From positions 2,474-66,473 of the forward strand of contig CAKSEC010000013.1 of assembly GCA_934446355.1 (NCBI GenBank): a stretch of 64,000 nucleotides of DNA, written 5' to 3'. Source of the stretch: an uncultured Oscillospiraceae bacterium (GTDB lineage: Bacteria > Bacillota > Clostridia > Oscillospirales > Ruminococcaceae). The notes under the pieces were generated by a model. The model was given only the letters and a program-made list of their open reading frames with translations, ran no database searches and was not told the DNA's origin. Numbering within the stretch: position 1 is the first letter of the stretch; every line of letters begins with the position of its first letter. Positions 34,159 to 43,160 of this stretch are shown one piece after another. The position numbers and the translations under genes were made by a program.

Positions 34159-35124
34159 ATGAAAAGAGTATTAAACAGAATATTAAAGGTTGTCCTGATA
34201 ATCGTCGCTGTCATCGCATTATTTGTGATAGTTTCTTTCGTTCGCCATAAAATATGCAGTTCCAGCGAAGAAAATCTGCTGACGCCCTTAGGCGAACTGG
34301 TAGGGGTCAACGGACACAATATGAGCGTATACACTGAGGGCAGCGGAGATAAAACACTTGTGTTCATGTCTGGCGGCGGTACCTGCTCTCCGATATTGGA
34401 CTTCAAGTCGCTGTATTCGCTGCTGAGCAAAGAATATAAAATCGCAGTGGTGGAAAAGTTCGGCTATGGTTTCAGCGATGTTGTCGATGAAAGCAGGGAT
34501 ATAGACACAATATTAAGCGAAACAAGAATGGCGCTTGATAAAGCGGGAATAGAAGCCCCGTATGTGCTTTGCCCGCATTCGCTGTCCGGATTGGAGGCTT
34601 TATACTGGGCACAGAATTACCCCGAAGAGGTCGAGGCGATCGTCGGTCTGGATATGGCTGTGCCGGACTATTATGATGAAATGAACATCAGCATTCCGGT
34701 ATTAAGGCTGGGACAATTGGGAGCAGCACTGGGAATCACAAGGTGGATACCCAGTCTTGCAGAAAGCGACGCCATCAGATATGGTACGCTGTCTGATGAG
34801 GAAAAGGAGATCTACAGAGCCTTATTCTATCAGCGGACAGCAACCGATCCGATGATAAACGAAGCCAAAGTTGTAAAGGATAATGCAAATATCGTAAAAG
34901 CGGGCGGCATTCCGCAGGTACCCATGCTGTTGTTTATCTCTGACGGCTCAGGCGGAACGGGCTTCACCGAAGAAAAATGGAGAAGCATTCCCAAAGAATA
35001 TATTTCAGGTTCTGACAATGCAGGTTTTATTGAATTAGACTGTCCTCATTATGTTCACGACTATGAATATGATGAGATAAGCAAAGGAATCATGGACTTC
35101 ATCAGCAACAAGACATATTCATGA
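34159..35124 (+). CDS. alpha/beta hydrolase with N-terminal membrane anchor
   Basis: MKRVLNRILKVVLIIVAVIALFVIV anchor and nucleophile elbow HSLSG. The ORF opens at GTG 34150. Confidence 0.75.
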   Translation: MKRVLNRILKVVLIIVAVIALFVIVSFVRHKICSSSEENLLTPLGELVGVNGHNMSVYTEGSGDKTLVFMSGGGTCSPILDFKSLYSLLSKEYKIAVVEKFGYGFSDVVDESRDIDTILSETRMALDKAGIEAPYVLCPHSLSGLEALYWAQNYPEEVEAIVGLDMAVPDYYDEMNISIPVLRLGQLGAALGITRWIPSLAESDAIRYGTLSDEEKEIYRALFYQRTATDPMINEAKVVKDNANIVKAGGIPQVPMLLFISDGSGGTGFTEEKWRSIPKEYISGSDNAGFIELDCPHYVHDYEYDEISKGIMDFISNKTYS

Positions 35125-35774
35125 AAGGAACTGTAACTATGACCGGCGATCAAATAATGAAAATCAAAAATTTCAGGTATCTGAACCAGAGTGCGCTAAA
35201 AGGCAAGATCCTCTTTACCGGCTCGTCTTTAATGGAGATGTTCCCTGTCTGCGAGATAGCAAAAAGCAGCGGCATTGATAAAGTCATATATAATCGGGGC
35301 GTCGGCGGGCTGAATACAGATGAATTTCTGGAGAATATCGACGCACTGCTTCTGGATCTCGAACCGTCTGAGTTATTCATCAACATCGGTACGAATGATA
35401 TTACTAAAGAGCGATTCGGCGACGGTTGGCTCGAACATCTGACGGATAATCTATGCAAAATCGTCGAGGTCACAAAAAGCAGGCTTCCTGAAACTCAGAT
35501 TTACTTAATGGCGTTCTTCCCCGCTAATCTGCACCTGCCTTGGCAGACAGAAGAGTCTATCCAGTGGATGAAGCTTCGCACGCCGGAAAATCTGGCTCTG
35601 TGTAACAAGCACCTGAAAGATATCGCAGCAAAATACGGCTGCAGTTATCTCGACTGCAACGCAGAACTTACCGACGAAAACGGCGAGCAGAAATCGGAAT
35701 TTGCCATTGACGGCGTACATATGTACGCAAACGGGTATCTGAAAGTATTTAAGGCAGTCGAGGCGTATCTATAA
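35121..35774 (+). CDS. SGNH/GDSL-type hydrolase
   Basis: Blocks FTGSSLME, GVGG, GTND and DGVH. ATGA overlap with the upstream gene. Confidence 0.75.
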   Translation: MKGTVTMTGDQIMKIKNFRYLNQSALKGKILFTGSSLMEMFPVCEIAKSSGIDKVIYNRGVGGLNTDEFLENIDALLLDLEPSELFINIGTNDITKERFGDGWLEHLTDNLCKIVEVTKSRLPETQIYLMAFFPANLHLPWQTEESIQWMKLRTPENLALCNKHLKDIAAKYGCSYLDCNAELTDENGEQKSEFAIDGVHMYANGYLKVFKAVEAYL

Positions 35775-35863
35775 CTGTTTGCTATATTCAGGGCATTTCA
35801 CTGCAGCGGTTGAAATATTCCGGCTTATGTGATATATTACAAACCGAAAACGGAGAGGATAAA

Positions 35864-36667
35864 ATGACTTATTACATAATAGACGCATTTGCAGACAGCC
35901 TGTTTTCAGGCAATCCTGCCGGAGTCTGCATTGTTGACAAGCCAGTTTCAGACGATATAATGCAGAAAATCGCATTTGAAAACAACCTTTCAGAAACGGC
36001 GTTCGTACAGAAAATCGGCGACGAATATTTGCTTCGATGGTTTACGCCAACATTTGAGATAGACCTGTGCGGTCATGCTACTTTGGCGGCGGCTTTTGCG
36101 GTATTTAATTATATCGAGCAGGCTTCAGATATTATACGGTTCAATACGCTTAGCGGGATACTGACAGTAGAACGAAAAGGCGATATATATGAAATGTCCT
36201 TTCCCATAAGGAAGCCGGAAAAGGTACAAGCTACAGATGAAATAATCAATGCGCTGGGATTTATTCCTGCACAGCTTTATTCACAGCGTGACCTTTACGC
36301 CGTTGTTGACAGCGAGGAAGATGTCCTGAATTATGTTCCCAATTACGACAAGCTGAGCAAGCTTGATAAATGGCTGGGCATAGCGATTACCGCAAAGGGT
36401 AAGGACTGCGATTTCGTATCAAGGTTTTTCTGCCCTGAATTAAAGCTTGAGGACCCCGTGACCGGCTCGTCGCACAGCAGTCTTGTTCCGCTGTGGAGCG
36501 AAAAGCTGAACAAAACCGAATTTACTGCAAGGCAGCTTTCAAAGCGCAGCGGTACGCTTTACTGCAAGCTTTGCGAGAATGATATAAAAATCTCCGGCAG
36601 GGCGGTGTTGTATCTGCAAGGGGGAATAATGTGCGGGCAAACACTTGACAGGGCAAACAAAATATGA
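35864..36667 (+). CDS. PhzF family isomerase-like protein
   Basis: MTYYIIDAFADSLFSGNPAGV, SETAF and CGHATLAAA. Start moved to ATG 35864 after GGAGAGG. Confidence 0.8.
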   Translation: MTYYIIDAFADSLFSGNPAGVCIVDKPVSDDIMQKIAFENNLSETAFVQKIGDEYLLRWFTPTFEIDLCGHATLAAAFAVFNYIEQASDIIRFNTLSGILTVERKGDIYEMSFPIRKPEKVQATDEIINALGFIPAQLYSQRDLYAVVDSEEDVLNYVPNYDKLSKLDKWLGIAITAKGKDCDFVSRFFCPELKLEDPVTGSSHSSLVPLWSEKLNKTEFTARQLSKRSGTLYCKLCENDIKISGRAVLYLQGGIMCGQTLDRANKI

Positions 36668-36708
36668 TACACTTTATACATTAACTGAAAGGGCGGTGAG
36701 GAGGCATT

Positions 36709-37329
36709 ATGCTAAGCAACATTAAATGGCTATTCTTCGACGTAGGCTCAACGCTTGTTGACGAAACCGAGTGCTACAATCATCGCATACAAGACGCTAT
36801 TGCAGGGACAAATATTACCTTTGAAGAGTTCAATGAAAAGCGTATGTTCTTTGCAAAACAAAATCTAAAGGGGGATATTGAAGCACTCAGATTTTTCGGA
36901 CTTACCAAAACTCCTTGGCATCATGAGGAAGAAAAACCTTATAATGATACTGAAAGCGTTCTCAAGGCTCTTTGCGAAAGAGGATACAATATCGGTGTTA
37001 TTGCAAATCAGTCAGCGGGCACACAAAAACGCCTTGAAAACTGGGGGCTTATGAAATACATACAGCTTGTAATAGCTTCTTCCGAGGAGGGCGTTGCAAA
37101 GCCCGATAAAAGGATTTTTGAAATCGCACTTGAACGCTCCATGTGCAGTCCGTCTGAAGCTGTGATGATAGGCGATAGAATTGATAACGATATTATTCCT
37201 GCTAAGAAAATGGGAATGGCGACTATCTGGGTAAAGCAAGGCTTCGGTAAGTACTGGACGTTCACTAACGAAAGCGAAAAAGCTGATTTTGAAGTGAATA
37301 ATTTAACAGAACTGCTGGCTTTGCTGTGA
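36709..37329 (+). CDS. HAD-superfamily hydrolase
   Basis: FFDVGSTLVDE (motif I variant) and MIGDRIDNDI (motif IV). Confidence 0.7.
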   Translation: MLSNIKWLFFDVGSTLVDETECYNHRIQDAIAGTNITFEEFNEKRMFFAKQNLKGDIEALRFFGLTKTPWHHEEEKPYNDTESVLKALCERGYNIGVIANQSAGTQKRLENWGLMKYIQLVIASSEEGVAKPDKRIFEIALERSMCSPSEAVMIGDRIDNDIIPAKKMGMATIWVKQGFGKYWTFTNESEKADFEVNNLTELLALL

Positions 37330-37346
37330 ATTGTGGGGATAAATAT

Positions 37347-37820
37347 ATGTGCTTTATTTGTGACAGGATCAAAATGATAACGCAAAGAATTAACCCGTAT
37401 TTTGTAAAGGAACTTGAAACGGGTTATGTGGTCATTGGAGATAATCAGCATTTTAAGGGTTACACCCTATTTCTCTGCAAGGAACACAAGACGGAACTGT
37501 TCCAGCTTGATCGTTCACAGAAAATGAAGTTTTTAGAGGAAATGTCTATTGTTGCAGAAGCAGTTTCTAATGCTTTTGGAGCCGAGAAAATGAACTACGA
37601 ATTATTAGGAAACGGCGATACTCACCTCCATTGGCACCTGTTCCCCAGGCGGAGCGGGGATATTGAAAACTACGGCAACAACGGAAAGGGTCCGGTCTGG
37701 TGGTATCCTATGGAGAAGATGTATTCTGATGATAACAAACCGACAGAAACCGAATTATCCGAAATGAAAGAAATACTCCTGACTGAAATAGACAAACTGC
37801 TTGACACACATAAAAAATAA
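37347..37820 (+). CDS. HIT family protein
   Basis: CFICDRI zinc-knuckle-like N-terminus and histidine triad DTHLHWHLFPR. Start moved to ATG 37347. Confidence 0.75.
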   Translation: MCFICDRIKMITQRINPYFVKELETGYVVIGDNQHFKGYTLFLCKEHKTELFQLDRSQKMKFLEEMSIVAEAVSNAFGAEKMNYELLGNGDTHLHWHLFPRRSGDIENYGNNGKGPVWWYPMEKMYSDDNKPTETELSEMKEILLTEIDKLLDTHKK

Positions 37821-37829
37821 TGATATAAT
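37801..37829 (+). promoter_or_regulatory. perfect consensus sigma-A promoter overlapping the HIT gene stop
   Basis: TTGACA (37801-37806), 17-nt spacer, TATAAT (37824-37829). Confidence 0.6.
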
Positions 37830-37858
37830 GTAACTACTTTGAAAGGCAGGTGAATGAT

Positions 37859-37924
37859 ATGAAAACAGCCACAAACCATAGCGGGAATATATCATTCACA
37901 CCTGTGCGCCTAACATCACGGTAA
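37859..37924 (+). CDS. candidate 21-codon leader ORF (MKTATNHSGNISFTPVRLTSR)
   Basis: AGGTGA lies 6 nt before ATG 37859, and the stop is TAA 37922-37924. The ORF sits between a promoter and a terminator-like hairpin. Confidence 0.3.
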   Translation: MKTATNHSGNISFTPVRLTSR

Positions 37925-37940
37925 ATCGAATGGTAAAATC

Positions 37941-37972
37941 AAAGTGTTCCCGTTTTGGGGACACTTTTGGTT
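37941..37972 (+). terminator. terminator-like hairpin inside the 5' leader of the GNAT gene (possible attenuator)
   Basis: AAAGTGTTCCC-GTTTT-GGGGACACTTT (one G-T pair) runs into TTTTGGTTATT. The RBS AAGGAG follows at 37977. Confidence 0.45.
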
Positions 37973-37986
37973 ATTAAGGAGTATTT

Positions 37987-39387
37987 ATGAGCATTCTGAA
38001 TTTTACCGGCGTTACCAAGGAAAACCGCAGCGAATTTCACCGCCTGATGCAGCGGTATGCAAAGGAACTCGACGAGCACCAGAACCGCACTACCGACCCC
38101 GAAATTCTGAGGAAATGGACGGACAGGATAATTGAAAAGCAGCTTGAACCGGCAGCGTTTCTTAGATTATGCTATGCACGCTCGTCTGTGGTCGGATTCC
38201 TTTTCGGGAAAATCGACAGACCAGAAGATAAAGGCTTCAGGAAAATCGGCTTCGGTTATGTAACGGAATTTTTCGTACTGCCCGAATATCGGCGCAAAGG
38301 TTACGGCAAGGAAATGTTCCTGCATTTGCAGGCTATGTTCAGGAATGGCGGTGCAAAGAGAATGTACCTCACCGCCGATCCGGTGACCGGAAAACCGTTC
38401 TGGGAAGCTGTGGGCTTCGTCAGAACCGGCGAAATATCTTCCGAAAACGGTCAGGGAATGTACGAAAAGGCGATTCCGGACGAAGCGATTTCCTTTTCGG
38501 TGAGAGAATTTATCGACATAGAAACTGCCCGAAAAATAGCGCAGGCGCAATGGAACGCCCCCGAACAGTACGACGATATCGTACATTTTACATTCAGCGG
38601 AAAGACAGAAACAGACTGCTTCAATGTCATCGCACAGAACGAGGCTGGCGATGTGGTGGGAAGATTATTCTGCCTGCAAAACAGCGAGGACAAAAGCCTG
38701 TGGTATTACGGCGACCTGTTCGTTGTTCCCGAATACCGCCGCAGGCATATTGCAATGAAAATGCTGGAGTTTACCGAGCACGTCCTGTGCGATAAATGGT
38801 GCGGTACGCTAAGGTGCTATGTAGAACCTGAGAATGCAGTATCGCTTGATTTGCAGGCAAAGGCAGGATTTACCGAACGTCCGTATCAGGGCTTTAACAA
38901 ACTGATTAATGATGGGCAATTGATGTTTGAAAAGGAACTGCCCACTTTTAATGTTACCGAAGCCTGCGGCAAAACCGCTGCGCAATACATAGCTGCGATT
39001 TTCGGAAGCAATGCGGAAGTGCTTCAAAACGGAAGGATTCCGTACAGAGAATGGTGCAGTTTGCTTTCTGCGAACGACACGGACGAGAAGCACTTTCTTA
39101 TCTGCAAGGGCGCTGTTCCGTGTGCATACCTGAAAGTAAACGGTCTGGAAAGCGGGAACGGCACAGGCCGGATATCGGTGCTAGCGGTAGAGCCTGCATT
39201 TCAGCGGAAGGGAGCGGGCGGGTATGCCGTGCGATATGCTGAAACTTTTCTGCGGAATGCTGGAAAAACGTGCGTGAAGATACATACGACCGCAGATAAT
39301 ATTCCTGCTCAAAGACTGTATGAAAAGTGTGGATATATCCTCGAAGAAAGCAGTGATGATATACCCACCTACATCAAAACATTATAA
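37987..39387 (+). CDS. GNAT family N-acetyltransferase with three tandem GNAT-like modules
   Basis: A 466-aa ORF. Acetyl-CoA motif A-like RRKGYGKEM is in module 1 and QRKGAGGYAV in module 3. Module 2 has a degenerate RRRHIAMKML. Confidence 0.75.
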   Translation: MSILNFTGVTKENRSEFHRLMQRYAKELDEHQNRTTDPEILRKWTDRIIEKQLEPAAFLRLCYARSSVVGFLFGKIDRPEDKGFRKIGFGYVTEFFVLPEYRRKGYGKEMFLHLQAMFRNGGAKRMYLTADPVTGKPFWEAVGFVRTGEISSENGQGMYEKAIPDEAISFSVREFIDIETARKIAQAQWNAPEQYDDIVHFTFSGKTETDCFNVIAQNEAGDVVGRLFCLQNSEDKSLWYYGDLFVVPEYRRRHIAMKMLEFTEHVLCDKWCGTLRCYVEPENAVSLDLQAKAGFTERPYQGFNKLINDGQLMFEKELPTFNVTEACGKTAAQYIAAIFGSNAEVLQNGRIPYREWCSLLSANDTDEKHFLICKGAVPCAYLKVNGLESGNGTGRISVLAVEPAFQRKGAGGYAVRYAETFLRNAGKTCVKIHTTADNIPAQRLYEKCGYILEESSDDIPTYIKTL

Positions 39388-39438
39388 CAGTATAGAGACA
39401 GTCACAGTAAGCAGAAGTTCGAGGGAAATTATAAATGA

Positions 39439-39472
39439 GGACGCCCCCAAAAGGAGGCGTCCCGCTGTTTTT
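39439..39472 (+). terminator. rho-independent terminator
   Basis: GGACGCC-N10-GGCGTCC followed by CGCTGTTTTT. Confidence 0.6.
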
Positions 39473-39484
39473 GAAAAGCCGGAA

Positions 39485-42400
39485 TCACTGCTCAATGTCG
39501 CTTACATACATTATGTAGTCATTGGTCCTTACGGCGCCCTCGGCGTCAGTGAAATGCTGAGTGAGAATGTAGTTTCCAGAGTAACCCGGATCATAGATGA
39601 ATATTGGATAACCCACGCTGTTGCATATCATTATCTGATTGGAAGATACAATGACATATGCGTCCTTGGGCAGCTGCGCAGCCATTTCTTCCTTGGTGAT
39701 ATTCACCACAGAGTTTCTGTCAACATCATACGCAGAGCAGTAATCAACATACCACTCGCCTGAAATAACGTCAAGTGCCTTGTCCATTATCGTAGCATTA
39801 TCAGCCGAGGGTATCAGCGGATATGTGCCGGTCGCCCATGCTTCACCTGAGTAGTCGTTGAAGGTCACGCCCTGAGCGAAGCTCCACTTGTCGGTGCAGC
39901 CTATCTTGAAATCAAGCGATGTGACAGCACTATATATTTCGCCTTCTTCAACGGTCACGCCAAGAAGCTTGCCTTTTTCGATAACAAATATTATAGAAAT
40001 ATTGTCCACGTCAATGTCTGCTCTTATCGCACTGAAAAGCTGATCCTTATAAGCGTCCAGTTCCTTTGTGAATATGCTGTCGAGCGGCTTGATGTTTTCA
40101 TTGGCGTGTACAGTGCCGTCGCTGGAGATCAGTATCTGATAATTTACAGAGTATTCGGGGTCTAAAGATGCGCCATGCGACTGCATGAACTTGTTGAAGT
40201 CCTCATAAGCCTTCTTTGCAGCCTCGTTGTATTTTTCAGCGAGGGCTGTCTTTTCGCTGACTCTCTGCTCTGTTTCGGAAGTTCCTATACTCATCGACTT
40301 ATTCGAGCCGATAATAAAGCCGTCCTTGATCCCGACATAAGAGTAATAGTCGCTTCCGTCCAAGCTGTCAAACTCAAACATTCCGTCATAATAGTTAAAG
40401 TAGTTCGGCAGCTTTGAGGGCAGGTCTGACGGGTCGTCAGTGAGCACCGTGCATACGCCGGTAATACTGCCGTTTGTTATGCACAGCTCTGCATATACAT
40501 TCTGACACGCATTCGAGCTGAAAACGTTCTGCAGATCCATATCAAGGTCGCCGGAATCAATGACAGTCAGCTTGCCTTCATTATCGAACCACAGCTTCAG
40601 CGTGAATGTCTTTCCTTCGATCAGGGCATAAGTGTCATAAATATCGTTATACACGAATCCGGTAAAGATGTCGCTTGCCATTGAATTAGCATAGTAAGCG
40701 GAGTTTTCAGGGTCGTAACTGCTGTAATGCGCATAGAATTCCTTGTTCTTTTCAAGGGATTCAATTTCTCCGTCTATTCTGTCTGCGCTATAGCCGAATG
40801 TGTCCAGCATAGCTGCGATACTAGCGTTTTCCGCTGATTTGTTCTTGAAATAGTTCAGTGCGGAAAGCTGCATTTCAAGCGCTTCAGTGCCGGTGATATC
40901 GCTCAGGCTGTAAACGTTCGTTACGTCTGCCGGCGCTGCTGCGATATCTCCCGAAACGGGCTTTGTAAGTACGGAGAACGAAGCCGTACCCATCTTGTAA
41001 ACGTCTGCGCCGAAGGTGGTCTTTATTCCGTCGCCGTCCCTTACAGACTCAATGCTGATTTTGGACTTGGAAAGAATCGAATACAGGTCGTACTGAGTAT
41101 CGCCTATCTCGAAAGTCATGCTGGAAAGGTCGTCCTTCATTGACTTGACGTTCAGGCTTATATCATACTTGCCCATGAGCACGTCAGAACCGAGGAACTG
41201 CGCCGTGGCAATGTTAGAATACTCGACCTTCAAGCCGACCGGCTTTCCGCTGCCCGAATTATTCACACTTATCTCAAATATGCCGGAAGCGTTGTCAATC
41301 TTGGTGGAAACGAGCTCAACTATCTTTGTTCCGTTTTCGGTAAGGGATACTGCAGTGTTGCCGCCTGCGGTCAGGCTGCTGAATGTTACGCTCTGATATT
41401 CACCGTAGTTTCTGTAGGACATTGTCGCTTCAAAGCCACAGGGGGTATTATCGGAAGTTACATAGCTGTCGATTGTGAGGTTCATATCAAGAGAATCGTC
41501 GTCAATGCTGTTCTCGATATCAATTATAATATCTTCAACTGCGTAATCGAAATAAGCCGGTTCATAACCGAAGCCATTAACGATCTCTACAACATAGCTG
41601 TCCTCTTTTATAATGTTGAGTACGTCAATAAGGAAATTGCAGATATCCTTCTGACCAAGGGTCACGGAAACGCACGTACCCTTGAAAGTCTTTTCGTGCT
41701 CGGAATCGCCGACTGTAAATTCTGCGCTTTCATAGGTAAACTCAGCGTTCTTATACGCCTTTTCCCAAGCCTGCTGTATCTTGTCATACACTGCGGAAAG
41801 CTTGGTCTGGTCGATCTCGAACGGCTCGGCTGTTTCTTCCTCACTAGCCGAAACATCAGACTGTATGAGTATCGGCTTGTCGAGAATGCCCGGAACGCTC
41901 GCATAGGCATTGCCGTTCTCGTCTATGTACACGTTTGCGGTGACAAAGTCTGTGCCGTTGGTCTTTGCTGAAAGAGCAAACTGGGTCGAGTCGCCGGATT
42001 TTGCGCTTACATTCACACTGGACGAGTTCACCATAGACAGAATGCTGTCCAAAAATTCCTTGTTATCGCCGAGCGCATTGGAAAGGGTATTGTCAAGCTG
42101 AATGTTCGCCGACAGGTCAGCGCTCATTCCCTGTCCGCCGGTCACCTTTCCAAGTTCGGAAGCCGCCAGAACGATGTTCTCTCCGGAAACGCCCGAACCG
42201 TACATGATAGTGGACAAAGCGTCCTGCACAGATGAACCGGTATCAGGCGTAAACGACTTCATTAAATCAGCGGTTGAGTTGAGTGTCTTTGTGCTGTCGT
42301 TTGCAACAGCGGAAATGATCGGATCGTTATTCTTGACGTTATCGACATAATCCGTCACAAGCGAGATAGCGTAACGCTGCTCGCCCATGATAAGTCTCAT

Positions 42401-42811
42401 CAGCGTCGGACGTCCGAAGAAATAGAACAGCGCTCCGGCAATAGCGAGAAGCACGACCACAGCCGCAATTATTATCGGCACAATGTGTACTTTCTTCTTT
42501 TTTACAGCGGCTGCCGGCGCTGCTGCGGCAGGCTCAGGAATATAAGCGGGAGCAGGAGCAGGCGCAGGCTCGGCGGTCATTACCGGTGCTGCGGCAGGCT
42601 CTGCGGTGTAAACGGGTGCTGGCGCAGGAGCAGGCGCTGAAGCGGGTGCTGCGGGAGTAGGTACAGATGAAACAGGCGCAGCGGGAGTAGGTGCCGATTG
42701 AGCAGGGATCGGAGCAGCTGAAGCTGCCGGTTCCTGTTCGACCCTCGCCCCGCAGAAGCCGCAAAATAGTGCGCCCTCGTCAAGGGGGTTGTTACAATTT
42801 TTACAATTCAT
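39485..42811 (-). CDS. zinc-ribbon / Pro-Ala-rich / single-TM protein with a large extracytoplasmic domain
   Basis: A 1108-aa ORF with MNCKNCNNPLDEGALFCGFCGARV, a PA-rich tract of about 90 aa, and TM helix IVPIIIAAVVVLLAIAGALFYFF. Confidence 0.75.
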   Translation of the reverse strand: MNCKNCNNPLDEGALFCGFCGARVEQEPAASAAPIPAQSAPTPAAPVSSVPTPAAPASAPAPAPAPVYTAEPAAAPVMTAEPAPAPAPAYIPEPAAAAPAAAVKKKKVHIVPIIIAAVVVLLAIAGALFYFFGRPTLMRLIMGEQRYAISLVTDYVDNVKNNDPIISAVANDSTKTLNSTADLMKSFTPDTGSSVQDALSTIMYGSGVSGENIVLAASELGKVTGGQGMSADLSANIQLDNTLSNALGDNKEFLDSILSMVNSSSVNVSAKSGDSTQFALSAKTNGTDFVTANVYIDENGNAYASVPGILDKPILIQSDVSASEEETAEPFEIDQTKLSAVYDKIQQAWEKAYKNAEFTYESAEFTVGDSEHEKTFKGTCVSVTLGQKDICNFLIDVLNIIKEDSYVVEIVNGFGYEPAYFDYAVEDIIIDIENSIDDDSLDMNLTIDSYVTSDNTPCGFEATMSYRNYGEYQSVTFSSLTAGGNTAVSLTENGTKIVELVSTKIDNASGIFEISVNNSGSGKPVGLKVEYSNIATAQFLGSDVLMGKYDISLNVKSMKDDLSSMTFEIGDTQYDLYSILSKSKISIESVRDGDGIKTTFGADVYKMGTASFSVLTKPVSGDIAAAPADVTNVYSLSDITGTEALEMQLSALNYFKNKSAENASIAAMLDTFGYSADRIDGEIESLEKNKEFYAHYSSYDPENSAYYANSMASDIFTGFVYNDIYDTYALIEGKTFTLKLWFDNEGKLTVIDSGDLDMDLQNVFSSNACQNVYAELCITNGSITGVCTVLTDDPSDLPSKLPNYFNYYDGMFEFDSLDGSDYYSYVGIKDGFIIGSNKSMSIGTSETEQRVSEKTALAEKYNEAAKKAYEDFNKFMQSHGASLDPEYSVNYQILISSDGTVHANENIKPLDSIFTKELDAYKDQLFSAIRADIDVDNISIIFVIEKGKLLGVTVEEGEIYSAVTSLDFKIGCTDKWSFAQGVTFNDYSGEAWATGTYPLIPSADNATIMDKALDVISGEWYVDYCSAYDVDRNSVVNITKEEMAAQLPKDAYVIVSSNQIMICNSVGYPIFIYDPGYSGNYILTQHFTDAEGAVRTNDYIMYVSDIEQ

Positions 42812-42912
42812 TTCGTTGTCCTTTCTGACAGAAATATGTCAAAAAATTAATTCAGCCTTGGTGCAGGTGAATCTCTGCTGTCGGTGCGTTACGGTATGTA
42901 CACGCACATTGA

Positions 42913-42997
42913 TTGACGATATGCACGGAGTCCGCCCTCGGCGGACGTATGTGCAAGGCATTTTAATATATAATAAACGCCTTGCGTTTATTATATC
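42913..42997 (+). repeat. 85-nt hairpin repeat, family 2, copy 2
   Basis: The first hairpin is GTCCGCC-CTC-GGCGGAC, a compensatory change relative to copy 1. The second hairpin is identical except for its loop. Confidence 0.85.
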
Positions 42998-43160
42998 ACA
43001 GGGTTATTTGTTTGTCAATAAATAATGATGGATAACGATAAGGCTATGTTGTATCGTCAATACGTCTTCATATAGGAAAAACACCGCTCTGCAGTCAATG
43101 CAAAGCGGTGATATCGGCATTATCAAAACTGTAAACAAATTCACGCGAAAACCCACACTC

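Noticed and set aside
33936-34430. A 164-aa minus-strand ORF spanning an intergenic repeat, a promoter and the start of the hydrolase gene.
   Set aside because: It runs through repeat family 2 and a consensus + strand promoter and overlaps a good + strand gene start. It has no RBS.
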